From an uncultured delta proteobacterium (GTDB lineage: Bacteria; Myxococcota_A; Polyangia; Polyangiales; Houyiibacteriaceae): a stretch of 64,000 bases of DNA. Shown one piece after another: positions 37,420 through 48,200 of this stretch. A model generated the notes under the pieces. The model was not told where the DNA came from. It ran no database searches and saw only the letters and a program-made list of their open reading frames with translations. How positions within the stretch are numbered: the stretch's first letter is position 1; every line of letters begins with the position of its first letter. The DNA is taken from contig CAVOVB010000001.1 in the NCBI GenBank assembly GCA_963699755.1, positions 1,440,001-1,504,000 of the forward strand, in the 5' to 3' direction. The translations under genes were made by a program, and so were the position numbers.

Positions 37420-38630
37420 CCACCATCTGGCTGCGCTCCGAGCAACTGCTCCTGAAGAGCGCCGATGTCCGGGTTGCTCGGGTCGTAGGTACGCGCGCGC
37501 TCGAGGGCCGAGGCAGCCTCCGCGAGATCGCCGCGTTCGATCGCTGCGCGGGCATTCGCTAGCTCGTCTTTCGCCGCTTCCTCCCTCTCGTGCGGGGACA
37601 GTGCGTCGGAGCCGGCGTCGGTGGCCGTGACGGTGCCGGTGTCCGCTCCGGCGTCCATGGACGTGTGCGTATCGGTGATCCTAGGCTTCGGGTTGCAGTC
37701 TTGCACCGCAATCCACAAGGCCAAGAGGACGCCCATGGATAGTGTCATCATCAGCGGGAGGGTATTGCGCTTGCGCCTCGACTTGGCCGGACGGCGTCCG
37801 TCGTACGCTTGCTTGAGCGCGGAGACGAAAGTTCGCGCGCTCGCATAACGGTCGGACGGCTTCTTGCGGAGCGCTCTCAAGATAGCCGCGTCGAGCGCGC
37901 CCGGAATCGCGGCTGCTCGATTCACTTCGCTCGGTGGAACCGGATCGACGCTCATGACTTTGTGCGCGACCTGCAGCGCTTCGGTCCCGGGAAACGCGCG
38001 CTCTCCACAGACGGCTTCATAGATGACAGCGCCAAACGAAAACAAGTCGCTCTGCTCGCTGTACTCGCCGCTTCGCAGCGTCTCGGGCGCCGCATAGCAC
38101 GGGGTCCCAAGAAACTGACCTTCCTTGGTGAGATCTGCGTTCGGGACACGAGCGATTCCGAAATCGGCCAGCTTCACTTGGCCGTTGTCGGTAATCAGCA
38201 GATTCTCGGGCTTGAGGTCGCGATGGATCACGCCAGCGATGTGCGCGGTCGCCAGCGCGTCCGCGACCTGCTGCGCAAGGTCCAGGAGCTCGTCGCGTGA
38301 CAGCGGCCCGCGCTTCTTGAGCGCCTGTTTCAGGGTGTGCCCGTGAACGTATTCGAAGACCAGGTAGGGCCCGACCTTCGGATCGTCTCCCACATCGAAT
38401 ATCTGAACGATGTTCGGGTGTTGGAGGCGAGCGGCGGCGCGCGCCTCGTTCTGGAAGCGGCTGAGGAAGACCTCGCGCATTTCGGCATCGAGCGCCAGGT
38501 CGCGGAGCGTCTTGACCGCCACTGGTCGGTCGAGATCCGCGTCGTGCCCCAGATAGACGTTGCCCATCGACCCCGCCCCGATGAGACGGTCGATGCGATA
38601 GCGGCCGATCTGTTGGGGCAGTTCTTCCAT
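37416..38630 (-). CDS. Membrane-anchored Ser/Thr protein kinase
   Basis: GAGSMG, VAVK, HRDLKPEN, DFG and APE; single TM; short TPR-like tail. Confidence 0.93.
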   Translation of the reverse strand: MEELPQQIGRYRIDRLIGAGSMGNVYLGHDADLDRPVAVKTLRDLALDAEMREVFLSRFQNEARAAARLQHPNIVQIFDVGDDPKVGPYLVFEYVHGHTLKQALKKRGPLSRDELLDLAQQVADALATAHIAGVIHRDLKPENLLITDNGQVKLADFGIARVPNADLTKEGQFLGTPCYAAPETLRSGEYSEQSDLFSFGAVIYEAVCGERAFPGTEALQVAHKVMSVDPVPPSEVNRAAAIPGALDAAILRALRKKPSDRYASARTFVSALKQAYDGRRPAKSRRKRNTLPLMMTLSMGVLLALWIAVQDCNPKPRITDTHTSMDAGADTGTVTATDAGSDALSPHEREEAAKDELANARAAIERGDLAEAASALERARTYDPSNPDIGALQEQLLGAQPDGG

Positions 38631-38662
38631 GGGCGCGATCTAGTGCATGGGGGGGCCCCGGG

Positions 38663-40072
38663 CTAGAGACGGTGGAGCTTCAGAGTATTGGTGCGCCCCG
38701 AAGGGGGCCAACCAACGACCATCGCGAACGCCTCGCCACGCTGGCAAAGGTTCTCTCGCACGAGCAAAGAGGCCGCGATCCGCAGCGTCTCATCGAGCGA
38801 CTCAGGGGGCACTTCGATTCGCGGAATCACGCCCCACTCGAGCGCTAGCCGTCGTGCGACGCGGACGTCACTAGTGATTGCCAAAATCGGCGCGCGTGGG
38901 CGATGCTCCGCTAGTAAGCCCGCGGAGCGACCATCCTGGGTGAACACGACGACCGCTTTGAGAGGCAAATGCGTGGTCAATGCGGCTGCCGCGCGTGCAG
39001 CGGCGTTCGCAAATGACCAATCTTCTTCGTCGGCGCTCTTGAGCTCGCGAAACTCTCGCGAGAGATCTTCGACGTAGTCGGACTCCACCTCGCGAATGAT
39101 CGCGTCCATCATCTGCAGCGACTGCAAGGGGTAGCGGCCCGCCGCCGTCTCCCCGCTGAGCATCACCGCATCCGTCCCGTCCATCACCGCGTTGGCGACG
39201 TCCGCGGCCTCCGCTCGGGTCGGCCGTGGGTTTCGAATCATCGAGTCCAGCATCTGTGTCGCGGTGATCACGATTTTGCCGCGCGCATTCGTTTCCCGGA
39301 TGATCCGTTTCTGAATCATCGGCACCTTCTCGGCGCCTAGCTCGACGCCCAGATCTCCGCGGGCGATCATGATGCCGTCTGCCGCCTCGACGATCTCAGC
39401 AAGGGCGTCGACCGCTTCGGGTCGCTCGATCTTCGCGATGACCGGCACGTCACCGGCCAAGGCTTTGGCTTCTCGCACGTCGTCGGCGGCGCGAACGAAC
39501 GAGAGGGCTACGTAGTCCGCCTCGAGTCTGGACACCGCAAAGGCCAGATCTTCGCGGTCCTTGGCGGTAAGAGCCGGTCCGGTGATCGAGACGCCGGGTA
39601 GGTTGAGCCCCTTGTGGTTGGAAAGCGTGCCACCGTCCTCCACCACCGTGTGTACGGTGTCGCCCTCCACTCGGTCGACCCGGAGTCGAATGAACCCGTC
39701 GTCGAGCGCAATCGCGTCGCCGGACCTGAGGTCGGCGCCCAATGACTCGTGCGTGACCGAAACGATGTCTTGGTTCCCTTCGATCTCATTCGTCGTGAGG
39801 GCGAAGCGATCGCCTTCCTTGAGCTCGATCGAGCCCTGGGCAAACTTCCCGACCCGCATCTTGGGGCCCTGCATGTCGGCGAGGATCGCCATCGGTCGCC
39901 GCGCTGCGGCCGCGGCTGCGCGGATCAGCTTCGCCATCTCTGTATGCGACTCGTGGTCCCCGTGCGAGAAATTGAGCCGTGCGCAATTCATACCCGCTTG
40001 GACCAGCTCCTCGATCTTCGACTTCGTATTGCTGGCGGGCCCGAGCGTGCAGACGATCTTGGTGCGTCTCAC
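38663..40072 (-). CDS. pyk: Pyruvate kinase
   Basis: RRTKIVCTLGP, RLNFSHG, AKIE, ARGDLGVE, ATQMLDSM and MLSGETA. Confidence 0.97.
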   Translation of the reverse strand: MRRTKIVCTLGPASNTKSKIEELVQAGMNCARLNFSHGDHESHTEMAKLIRAAAAAARRPMAILADMQGPKMRVGKFAQGSIELKEGDRFALTTNEIEGNQDIVSVTHESLGADLRSGDAIALDDGFIRLRVDRVEGDTVHTVVEDGGTLSNHKGLNLPGVSITGPALTAKDREDLAFAVSRLEADYVALSFVRAADDVREAKALAGDVPVIAKIERPEAVDALAEIVEAADGIMIARGDLGVELGAEKVPMIQKRIIRETNARGKIVITATQMLDSMIRNPRPTRAEAADVANAVMDGTDAVMLSGETAAGRYPLQSLQMMDAIIREVESDYVEDLSREFRELKSADEEDWSFANAAARAAAALTTHLPLKAVVVFTQDGRSAGLLAEHRPRAPILAITSDVRVARRLALEWGVIPRIEVPPESLDETLRIAASLLVRENLCQRGEAFAMVVGWPPSGRTNTLKLHRL

Positions 40073-40108
40073 CAGGCCGTTGTAGCCGGCTTCCTTGCTG
40101 CAGCCAAG

Positions 40109-40768
40109 CTAGCGGCGACGGTAGCGGTCCGGTTCCCAGCCGCTCAGGTTGGCCTTGAAACCCAGGCGCACGACGAAGGTCGTGTAGAGCGTCCATTGCG
40201 TGCGATCACTCGTTGGCTGCGTGTTCCGATAGGATGGGTCGCTGTTCACGTAACGGGCAGCGATCCGAAGCCAAAGTCCGCGCAGCGTGGTGAGGGGCCG
40301 GTAGAGCGGCAGGGAAAATCCAAAGCCGACGCCGAGTCCGGTGCTTCGCTTGCCGTCGAGGAGAAAGGCAGGCCCGATCTCGAAAAAGATTGATTGCAGC
40401 ACGAGGTCGACGAACTCGATCCAGGTTTGCTCATACAGAAAGAAGAGCGCTGGAAAGAGGGGACGGAGGTCCACACCGAGGAACAAGTGCTGGGCGGAGG
40501 CTGGGCCCCAGCGCCCAGAAAGCACGAGGCCCGCTGTGTCGGCGATCAGGAAACGGGCCTCGCCGACCAGATTCGGGTCGGCCTTCCGGTTCAGCCAGGT
40601 GGCGCCAGGCCCGGCGCCGAAGGCGAGGGTCAGGCTGCGATCCCAGCGGCCATAGAGCCCGTCCCCCATGCGTTGCGCGCTCGAAGGTGCGGCAAATGAG
40701 GAAAGGACGAGGATCGAACCGACGATCACCCCAAGACGGGCGCCCCGTGTCATGATCTCCCCATGCAC
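40109..40768 (-). CDS. Exported hypothetical protein, possibly outer-membrane beta-stranded
   Basis: Signal peptide, DGLYGRWD motif and alternating hydrophobic strands. Confidence 0.6.
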   Translation of the reverse strand: MHGEIMTRGARLGVIVGSILVLSSFAAPSSAQRMGDGLYGRWDRSLTLAFGAGPGATWLNRKADPNLVGEARFLIADTAGLVLSGRWGPASAQHLFLGVDLRPLFPALFFLYEQTWIEFVDLVLQSIFFEIGPAFLLDGKRSTGLGVGFGFSLPLYRPLTTLRGLWLRIAARYVNSDPSYRNTQPTSDRTQWTLYTTFVVRLGFKANLSGWEPDRYRRR

Positions 40769-40813
40769 TGGGCTGCATGGCGGGTCAAGAGATTGAGGCT
40801 GTAGACTCTAGGA

Positions 40814-42184
40814 ATGGGGCGCTCGTTCGGCTTGGGGCTTCGAAGCCAGCTCATGCTCGCGCTGATCGTCGCGTTCAGCGCGGCGTTCGTGTTGCTGAGC
40901 TTGGTCACCGCAAGACTCGACGAGAGCGAAAGCGCAGAAGAGCAGCGGACGCGGGCCTTCGGGCTCGCCCAGGCGTTCGTTGCAGGGGCAGGCTCCGAGG
41001 GTGAGGGGCTGAGCGAAGAAGTGATGGGCCGGATGCTCTCCGAGGGGCTGGCTCGACGCGTCGAGGTCCACACTTTGGACGGCTTGTCGAAAAGCTGGGG
41101 GGTTCTCGAAGGCGAGCCCGACGCGATCGTCACCACTGCGGAAGGCTTGGAGCTGCGAGTTTGGGTGCCGGCGAGTTATCGCGGCGATGCGGCGCGGCGA
41201 AGCTTGTTTCTATTCTACCTCGGCCTCACGGCAGCGACGGTGCTGCTGCTGACTTACGTGCTACTGACCTATTTCATCGTGCGGCCGATCGACCGATTGA
41301 GATTGGCTTCCGAGCGCCTCGCTGCGGGGCGGCTGCGCACCAGCGTTCCGGTGCAAGGCGCCGCCGAGGTTGCACGTCTCGCGGCAACCTTCAACGACAT
41401 GGCCGCGCAGCTTCGAGAAGATCGGGCATCGCTTCAGCAACGCCTCGAAGAGCTCGAGCGCACGACCGCTGAGCTGACGACCGCGCAAGAACAGTTGATT
41501 CGAAGCGCGCGCTTGGCTGCAGTCGGTCGCTTGTCCGCGGGCGTCGCGCACGAGATCGGAAATCCGCTGGCGGCGATCCGCGGCCTGCTCGATCTGATGC
41601 AATCGGGAGACCTCGACCCTCACGAGGAAAAGGAGTTCGTGGCTCGGATCCAGCGGGAGAGCGAACGGATCCATCACACAATCCGGGACTTGCTGGACTT
41701 CTCGAGAAACGAGCCAGCTCGAGAGGGACGAATCGAAAGCTCCGCTGACCTTGCGGAGGTTGTGTCCGACACCGTCAAACTGCTCGACCGACAGAGCCGC
41801 TTCCACGATGTCGAGCTCTCCCTCGCGCTCGACGAGGGCCTTCCCCGGGTGCGCGGCGACCACGAGCGACTTCGGCAGTTACTTCTGAACTTGCTCTTCA
41901 ACGCGGCGGACGCTCTCGGGGGCGAGGGCCGCATCGAGGTGCGTGCCCGCAATGACGACGGCACAGTGGAGCTCATCGTCGAGGACGATGGGCCCGGAAT
42001 CGATGCAGAGATCATCGATCAGGTCTTCGACCCCTTCGTCACGACGAAGGCAGCGGGACAGGGAACCGGCCTCGGGCTGGCGGTCTGCTACACCATCGTC
42101 GAGCGGCTCGGCGGGGCGATCGAGGCCGGGAATCTCCAGCAGGGCGGGGCCCGGTTCGGGGTGAGGTTGCCGGCGGCGCGCTAG
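40814..42184 (+). CDS. Membrane sensor histidine kinase (HAMP, NtrB-like)
   Basis: Two TMs, HAMP, GVAHEIGNPL, QLLLNLLFNA, DDGPG and GTGLGL. Confidence 0.93.
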   Translation: MGRSFGLGLRSQLMLALIVAFSAAFVLLSLVTARLDESESAEEQRTRAFGLAQAFVAGAGSEGEGLSEEVMGRMLSEGLARRVEVHTLDGLSKSWGVLEGEPDAIVTTAEGLELRVWVPASYRGDAARRSLFLFYLGLTAATVLLLTYVLLTYFIVRPIDRLRLASERLAAGRLRTSVPVQGAAEVARLAATFNDMAAQLREDRASLQQRLEELERTTAELTTAQEQLIRSARLAAVGRLSAGVAHEIGNPLAAIRGLLDLMQSGDLDPHEEKEFVARIQRESERIHHTIRDLLDFSRNEPAREGRIESSADLAEVVSDTVKLLDRQSRFHDVELSLALDEGLPRVRGDHERLRQLLLNLLFNAADALGGEGRIEVRARNDDGTVELIVEDDGPGIDAEIIDQVFDPFVTTKAAGQGTGLGLAVCYTIVERLGGAIEAGNLQQGGARFGVRLPAAR

Positions 42185-42213
42185 GCGGGTGCATGCCAGG
42201 GTTAGCGCCAGCG

Positions 42214-44112
42214 TCAGTCCGGCTGGAACGCGTTTTCGATTGCCGTTTCCTCTGCGGCCTCGGTCTCCGGTGCGACTTTCGGGTGGTCTCCGAGCATCTC
42301 CTTGATCGCGAGCGCTTGCCTTTGCGTCGCCCCGGCTTCGATCAACTGCTCCTGCGTCGCGGCCAAAACTTCCCGCAGCGAGCCCAAGTTTCTCAAGAGC
42401 TTCCGGCGCGTCTTTGGTCCGACCCCCGGGACCCCGTCGAGCTCGCTTCGCAATCGCCTCTTGCGGCCCACCTTTTTTCGCAGGCTGTTCGAGGCTCGGT
42501 GGGTTTCGTCGCGCGCCAAGAGCAGCAAGGAGAGTGCGGAGCTCGCCCGGACGGGGATGGGGTTCTTCTGGCCAGGGAGGAAGACGCGGTCGCCTTCCTC
42601 TTCGCCGGCCACCGTGATACGGGGCTTCGCGACGGAGGCGAGCTCCAGGTCAGGGAGTCCGATGTCTTCGCGGGCACGGACCGCGACTCCCAGCTGACCT
42701 TTGCCACCGTCGACGACCAAGAGATCGGGCAGCTCCCAGCCTTCCTCGTCGTCCTTGCCGCGCCGGAAGCGTCGCATCAGCACTTCGTACATCGCGCCGT
42801 AGTCGTCCCCGCCGCCGACGCCTTTGACGCGAAAGCTCCGGTAGCGTTCCTTGGCGAGCATCCCGTCTTGCAACGCAACGAAGACAGCCACTGTCTCCTC
42901 GCCTCCGGTGTGCGAAATGTCGACGCACTCGATGCGATGCGGAAGGAGCTTCAGGCGAAGCTGTTTCTGCAGATCGGTCAGTCGAGCCTCCACGTCCTCG
43001 CGTGCGCGCTCCTTCTCGTTGAACGCATGCTCGGCGTTTTCGCGTGCAAGCTCCAGGAGCTTGGCCTTCGCCCCACGCTTCGGCACCACGATTCGGACGC
43101 GGCGCTTTTGTTGCTCGCTTAGTAGCTCTTCGAGCGCCTCACTCATCTCGATCTGCACCGACACCAGAATCTCGTCCGGAAGCAAGGGGCGCTCCGCATA
43201 GTGTTGCCTCAGGAATGCGCCCAGCATCTCGTCGTTTGGCACCGCGACACGTCGCAGCGCAAAGGTTCTCATCGAGAAGATGCGACCGCCGCGCATGCTG
43301 AGCACGGTAACTTCGACCTGGTCGCCCTCACGGTGAAATCCGATCACATCCTGGTCCGACTTCTGCACCCCGGCGACGCGTTGCTCCTCTTGGGCGCGTT
43401 TGACGGCGCGGATCTGATCTCGATAGATCGCGGCACGCTCGTATTCCAGCGCGCCCGAGGCTCCGTGCATTCGTTCATCGAGGTCGAGCACCAGCTCGTC
43501 GTGCCGGCCATCCAGAAACCGGGCGACGTTGGTGACCTGCGCGTGGTACTCCGCCTGATCGACATCGAGGACGCAGGGAGCCGGACAGCGCTTGATCTGG
43601 TGCTGGAGACAAGGCCTCGACCGCATGCGGAATTCGGTATCGGTGCAAGTCCGCAGCTGAAAATAGCGATTCACGAGGCGGAGCGTCTGCCGCGCCGCAG
43701 TCGCCGAATGGTAGGGTCCGAAATATTGCGCACCGTCGGGCTTCGGCCGACGAACGACCTCGAGCCGCGGCCAGGGGCGCTTCGCGTCGAGCCGCAACGA
43801 AAGGTACTCCTTGTCGTCCCGAAGCTTGACGTTGTACTTCGGCTGATGCGATTTGATTAGCTGGTTTTCCAGTAGCGCGGCTTCTTTGTCGGTGTGCGTG
43901 ACGAAGGTTTCGATGTCGGTCAGCTCACGTTCGAGCCGGCTCACGAATGCGCGCAAGTCGCTCGAACCGGCTTGGAAGTAGGTTCGGACCCGATTCCTCA
44001 AGCTTCTCGCCTTGCCGACGTAGAGAACCTTTCCATCCGCGCCGTGGAACACGTACACTCCGGGCGAGGCCGGAAGCGTGTCGAGCTTTCGTTGTGCTAC
44101 CTTCGCGACCAC
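42214..44112 (-). CDS. uvrC: Excinuclease ABC subunit C
   Basis: GIY-YIG PGVY...YVGKA, RIECVDISH, VDGGKGQ, RDETHR and HhH GVGPK. Confidence 0.97.
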   Translation of the reverse strand: MVAKVAQRKLDTLPASPGVYVFHGADGKVLYVGKARSLRNRVRTYFQAGSSDLRAFVSRLERELTDIETFVTHTDKEAALLENQLIKSHQPKYNVKLRDDKEYLSLRLDAKRPWPRLEVVRRPKPDGAQYFGPYHSATAARQTLRLVNRYFQLRTCTDTEFRMRSRPCLQHQIKRCPAPCVLDVDQAEYHAQVTNVARFLDGRHDELVLDLDERMHGASGALEYERAAIYRDQIRAVKRAQEEQRVAGVQKSDQDVIGFHREGDQVEVTVLSMRGGRIFSMRTFALRRVAVPNDEMLGAFLRQHYAERPLLPDEILVSVQIEMSEALEELLSEQQKRRVRIVVPKRGAKAKLLELARENAEHAFNEKERAREDVEARLTDLQKQLRLKLLPHRIECVDISHTGGEETVAVFVALQDGMLAKERYRSFRVKGVGGGDDYGAMYEVLMRRFRRGKDDEEGWELPDLLVVDGGKGQLGVAVRAREDIGLPDLELASVAKPRITVAGEEEGDRVFLPGQKNPIPVRASSALSLLLLARDETHRASNSLRKKVGRKRRLRSELDGVPGVGPKTRRKLLRNLGSLREVLAATQEQLIEAGATQRQALAIKEMLGDHPKVAPETEAAEETAIENAFQPD

Positions 44113-44154
44113 CGCGGAGCTATACCACTGACTCCGCCGTCGATCGCCCCGGAT

Positions 44155-44757
44155 TCATGGGCTGCGAATCACTCGCTCGTCGGTCACGATCAGGTCGACC
44201 GCGACATCGAAGGGCAACTCGGGCACCTCTGAGATCAGCTGGAAATCATAAGCCAGCGCGCAAGTGCAGGCCTTTGTGAGGCGAGGGAGCAGCCTGTCGT
44301 AGTAGCCGCCGCCATAGCCGATCCGGTAGCCACGCGGATCGACCGCCAACGCGGGCACGAGCGCGAAGTCGATCTCGTCTGGCTCGATTCGCAGTGCGTC
44401 CTCCGATGGCTCAGGGACGGAAAAGGATCCATCGACGATCGGGGTTTCGGAATCGATCAGGTGCAAGCACAGCTCGTCGCCGAGCACCCTCGGTAGCACG
44501 ACTCGTTTTCCTGCAGACCAAGCAGCTTCGATGCTACGCCGTGTACGCACCTCGTTGCGAATCGATGCAAAGGCGAGAACGGTCTGCGCACGATCGAGCT
44601 CTGCAAGCTCAAAGAGGCGTCTGTGAATCTCGATCGAACGAGCATCGCACGCCGACTCGGGAAGTGAGCCGCGAAGGGTTCGCATTTGATTTCGTAGCGC
44701 CTGCTTGGCGCGTCGACGGAGCTCGTTCTCGGCGTGCCCCGTCTCGTCTCGGCTCAC
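44155..44757 (-). CDS. ygfA: 5-formyltetrahydrofolate cyclo-ligase
   Basis: VPALAVDPRGYRIGYGGGYYDR. Confidence 0.93.
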   Translation of the reverse strand: MSRDETGHAENELRRRAKQALRNQMRTLRGSLPESACDARSIEIHRRLFELAELDRAQTVLAFASIRNEVRTRRSIEAAWSAGKRVVLPRVLGDELCLHLIDSETPIVDGSFSVPEPSEDALRIEPDEIDFALVPALAVDPRGYRIGYGGGYYDRLLPRLTKACTCALAYDFQLISEVPELPFDVAVDLIVTDERVIRSP

Positions 44758-45071
44758 GGCTCGATCTGTTGGGCGAGCTCAGCGTCCGCTTGGAGGCGCT
44801 GATCGATTCGCCGAATCGCCGTCCCGACGATCTGGCGCGTCTTCGCTTCGAGCTGATCGCGTCGCCGTTCGGAGGCTTCGAGATCCTCAGCGAGGCCGAG
44901 CGCCACGACGGCGAGCAGCTGTGCTGGCGTGGCCGCGCGAGCGGCCTTCGGCCCCAGCGCCTGCACTCGTTGATTCACGATATCGGCCAGGCGCTGCAGG
45001 TAGGTTTCGTCGGCGTCCGCAGACATGCGATACCGGGCGCCGGCAATTTCGATCTGGACGGTTCGCTTCAC
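44754..45071 (-). CDS. zapA: Cell division protein ZapA
   Basis: VQIEIAGARY, YLQRLADIVN, LAVVALGLAEDL and a coiled coil; upstream of ygfA. Confidence 0.88.
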   Translation of the reverse strand: MKRTVQIEIAGARYRMSADADETYLQRLADIVNQRVQALGPKAARAATPAQLLAVVALGLAEDLEASERRRDQLEAKTRQIVGTAIRRIDQRLQADAELAQQIEP

Positions 45072-45081
45072 GATTGACCGG

Positions 45082-45111
45082 AAGGTAGTCCCGCATCTCC
45101 TTTGGCGTCAA
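45082..45111 (-). promoter_or_regulatory. Sigma70-type promoter for zapA-ygfA
   Basis: TTGACG-N18-TACCTT, ending 10 nt before the GTG start. Confidence 0.55.
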
Positions 45112-45227
45112 GGTAGGACATCCACATCCATGGCCTCGGTGTTCCGCTGCGATCGGAATCCGACTCCCAGGTTTATGAGACAGGGAGCAGCCGTGTTATG
45201 TTTGATCCCTGGGGGATAGTAGGGGTC

Positions 45228-48200
45228 ATGATCAAGGTTAGTTGCCCGTCGTGTAATGCGTCTTACGACGTGGACGAGCACCGCTTGCCCGAGAGCGGGC
45301 TTCGGATGCGTTGCCCGAAATGCAGCGAAAGCTTTCAGGTTCATCGCGACGGTTCGACCGCGAAGGCGGGAGGCGGAGCTGCGCCAGGCGCCTCCTTGCC
45401 CTCGCGCGCGAAGCGGACGGAGGTCGGTATCGGCCCAAAGGTGCCGCCGCCCGCGCCTGCAGCCGCCATCAAGAAGCAGCCGCTACCCTCGGGCGAAGTC
45501 GATCTGCCCGCGCCTTTGGTTGGCTCTGATTTAGCGGACCTCCCCACGCCGGCCATGCGTGGCTTTGAGGACCTACCAGCGCCGAAGACCGGCGCTCACG
45601 CGCTCGACTTGGAGCCATTCGCCGATCACGACTCCGCGGATTTGCCGACCCCAAAGCGCGACGCCCGTCCCTCGGGATTCGATCCCTTCGCGGACATCGA
45701 CTTGCCGGCACTTCGGGACGCGGCGGGCGGAACCGATCTTCCGGCTCCTCTTGGGCGATCGCTCGGCCCCGAGTTCGACCTGCCAGCGCTCAAGGGCAGT
45801 CCAGCCGGGCTTGATTTGGACTCGCCCGGCGATGAGATCGATCTTCCCATGGCGCTCACCGACGCCGAGCTACCGACGCCGCGTGACGCATCCAAGGTTC
45901 CGGCGCCGATTTCGCTCGACTCCGACCTGCCCATGTCGAGCGAACAAAAAGACCTGCCGGTTGCCCGTCCGGACTTCATGGATCGCGAGCTCGAGGGCCC
46001 CGCTCGGATACACGGCGGAGGTCCGATCGAGCTGGACCTCCCGGATGGAGAAGAGCTCGCTCTCGAAATGGAGCTCGACGGGCCCCCGCGACCCCCCGGG
46101 CCGCTGCCCCCCCTCGGCCAGCCTGCGGCGCGGCCTCTAGGCGCGGTGCCGGGATCAGGGGAAATGGAAAGCGATTCCGATGAGCTAGAGCTCTCAGGCT
46201 TCCCCGAGGAAGGAGAGGGCGCCGTCTACCGTATGCCCCGCGTCGGTGCGGACAGGCCCGAATTCGACATCGCGCCCACGCGCGTCAAGAAGAAAATCAA
46301 GATCGAACGGCCGCCTTGGTTGATGAAAGTTCTGGCTGCGTTCGCCGCCATCGCGATCATCGTCGGGTCGGGCTTTTACCTTGGCACCACGGAGTACGGC
46401 CTCTTTGGGATCCATCTCATTGAGCCCATGCTTTCCGCCTCTGGCGATCCCGCACTGGTCGCACGGGCGATCGAGGAAGCCGAGCTCGTCGCGGCGGACG
46501 ATACCTACATCGCCGAGCAACAGGCGCTCGCCAAGCTCCAAGAGGCACGGGCCGTTGCGAGCCTCAATCGCGAGCTCGTTGCGAGGACGCTCTTACACCA
46601 GTCCTACAATCTGGTCCGATTCGGACCGGACAGCGAAAGCGCCAACGTAGCCGATGCGTTGCGGGTGCACCTGAAACGCAGAGGTGATGAGGCCCCGCGG
46701 GTTCACGTTGCGCTCGCGGCTGATGCGTTGCGTAACGCCGATGGCGAGGGCGCCCAATCGGAAATCGCATTGGCGTCTGAGGACGACCCCGCCGACGCGT
46801 ACGTCGATTTCGTTGCCGGTGAGATTGCGCTCAAGGCAGGCGACGGCCAGAGCGCCGTCGACGCGTTCGGACGAGGGCTGAAAAAGCACGAGAGCGCGCG
46901 AGCGCAATGGGGGCTCGCGCGTGGCTATCAGCTGCTCGGCGAAGAGGATGAGATGGCAGCAGCGGCCAAGGCGGCGCAGAGGCTCAGCCCGAACCATGCT
47001 GGGGCCCGCGTTGTCGTGGCGAGGCTGCTGATCGCCGATGGTGAGATCGACCAGGCCTACGAGCTGCTTCAGATCCCGGCGGGTCTTGCCCCGGTCGAAG
47101 GCGCCACTCTGCCGGTCGCAAGAGCGGACAGGTCCGCCGCGCTCGCGCTCATCGCGCGCATCGAAGAACAGCGAGGCCGCCAGGGTGCCGCCCGCGAGAT
47201 CTACGAGAAGGCGATCGCGCTCGACACCAGCAATTCGGACGCCACGCTCGGGGCGGCGCGAATGGTTCTCCTCGAAGGCGCATATCGCGACGCGCTCGCC
47301 CGATTTCAAACCGTGCTGGATTCGACGCTACAACCGGGTGCCGAGTTGGACGTGAGCGGAAAGCCCAAAGCGGAGGTGCAGGCCAAGCTCGGTGCCGCCG
47401 AAGCGCTCCTGGCCATGGGCAAGCCAGAGGAAGCAAGGCAGATGCTAGCCGATCTCCTGAGCGAGGAGCCGGTCAGCGCCGATGTCGAGCTATGGCAAGG
47501 CAAAGTTGCCGAGGGCCTCGGCAAGAGCCAAGACGCGGTCAAGCATTTTCGCAATGCGATCAAGCTCGAGCCGACATCCGTCCGCGGATACATGGCGCTG
47601 GCCCAGCACTACTCGTCGACGAAGCGCCCCGGCGAGGCCGTTGCAATCCTTGGCGAAGCGGAGAAGAACGTCGAGATCACCGCCGAGGTGCGCCGCCTCG
47701 TGGGTTGGGCGGAGCTTCAGCGCAATCACATCGACGACGCGATTGAGGAGTTCACGCGGGCGCTCGAGATGGAGCCCAGAGATTCTTCCGCACAGTTCGG
47801 GCTCGCCATCTCTTTCCGTCGCAAGTGGAGGCTCGAAGACGCTGCCGCGGCGCTTGCGAAGGTCGAGGCGCTCGACGCGAAATTCCCCGGCCTTGCTCTG
47901 GAGAAGGGCCGACTAGCGGAGGCAAGCGGCGACATGGAGGCCGCAACGGCCAGTTACCGACAAGCGCTTGCGGATTCCCCTGACGACGCTCCACTGAAAT
48001 CACGGATGGGCGCCGTCTTGGTGCTGACGGGCAAGTACGAAGAGGCGGAAAAGCTCCTGCAAGAGGTGCTGGACGTGCAGCCGTACTCGGCCGAAGCGGA
48101 GCACTATTTGGGTCGGATCGAGCTCGAGCGCGGCCAGGTCGAGTCCGCGCGGCAGCGATTCCTCCGCGCCGCCCGTCTCGATCCCCAGAGTGGCCTGTAT

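Noticed and set aside
45072..45227. Possible relocated 6S RNA upstream of zapA
   Set aside because: The region is short, holds divergent promoter elements, and shows no long closing stem with a central bubble by eye.
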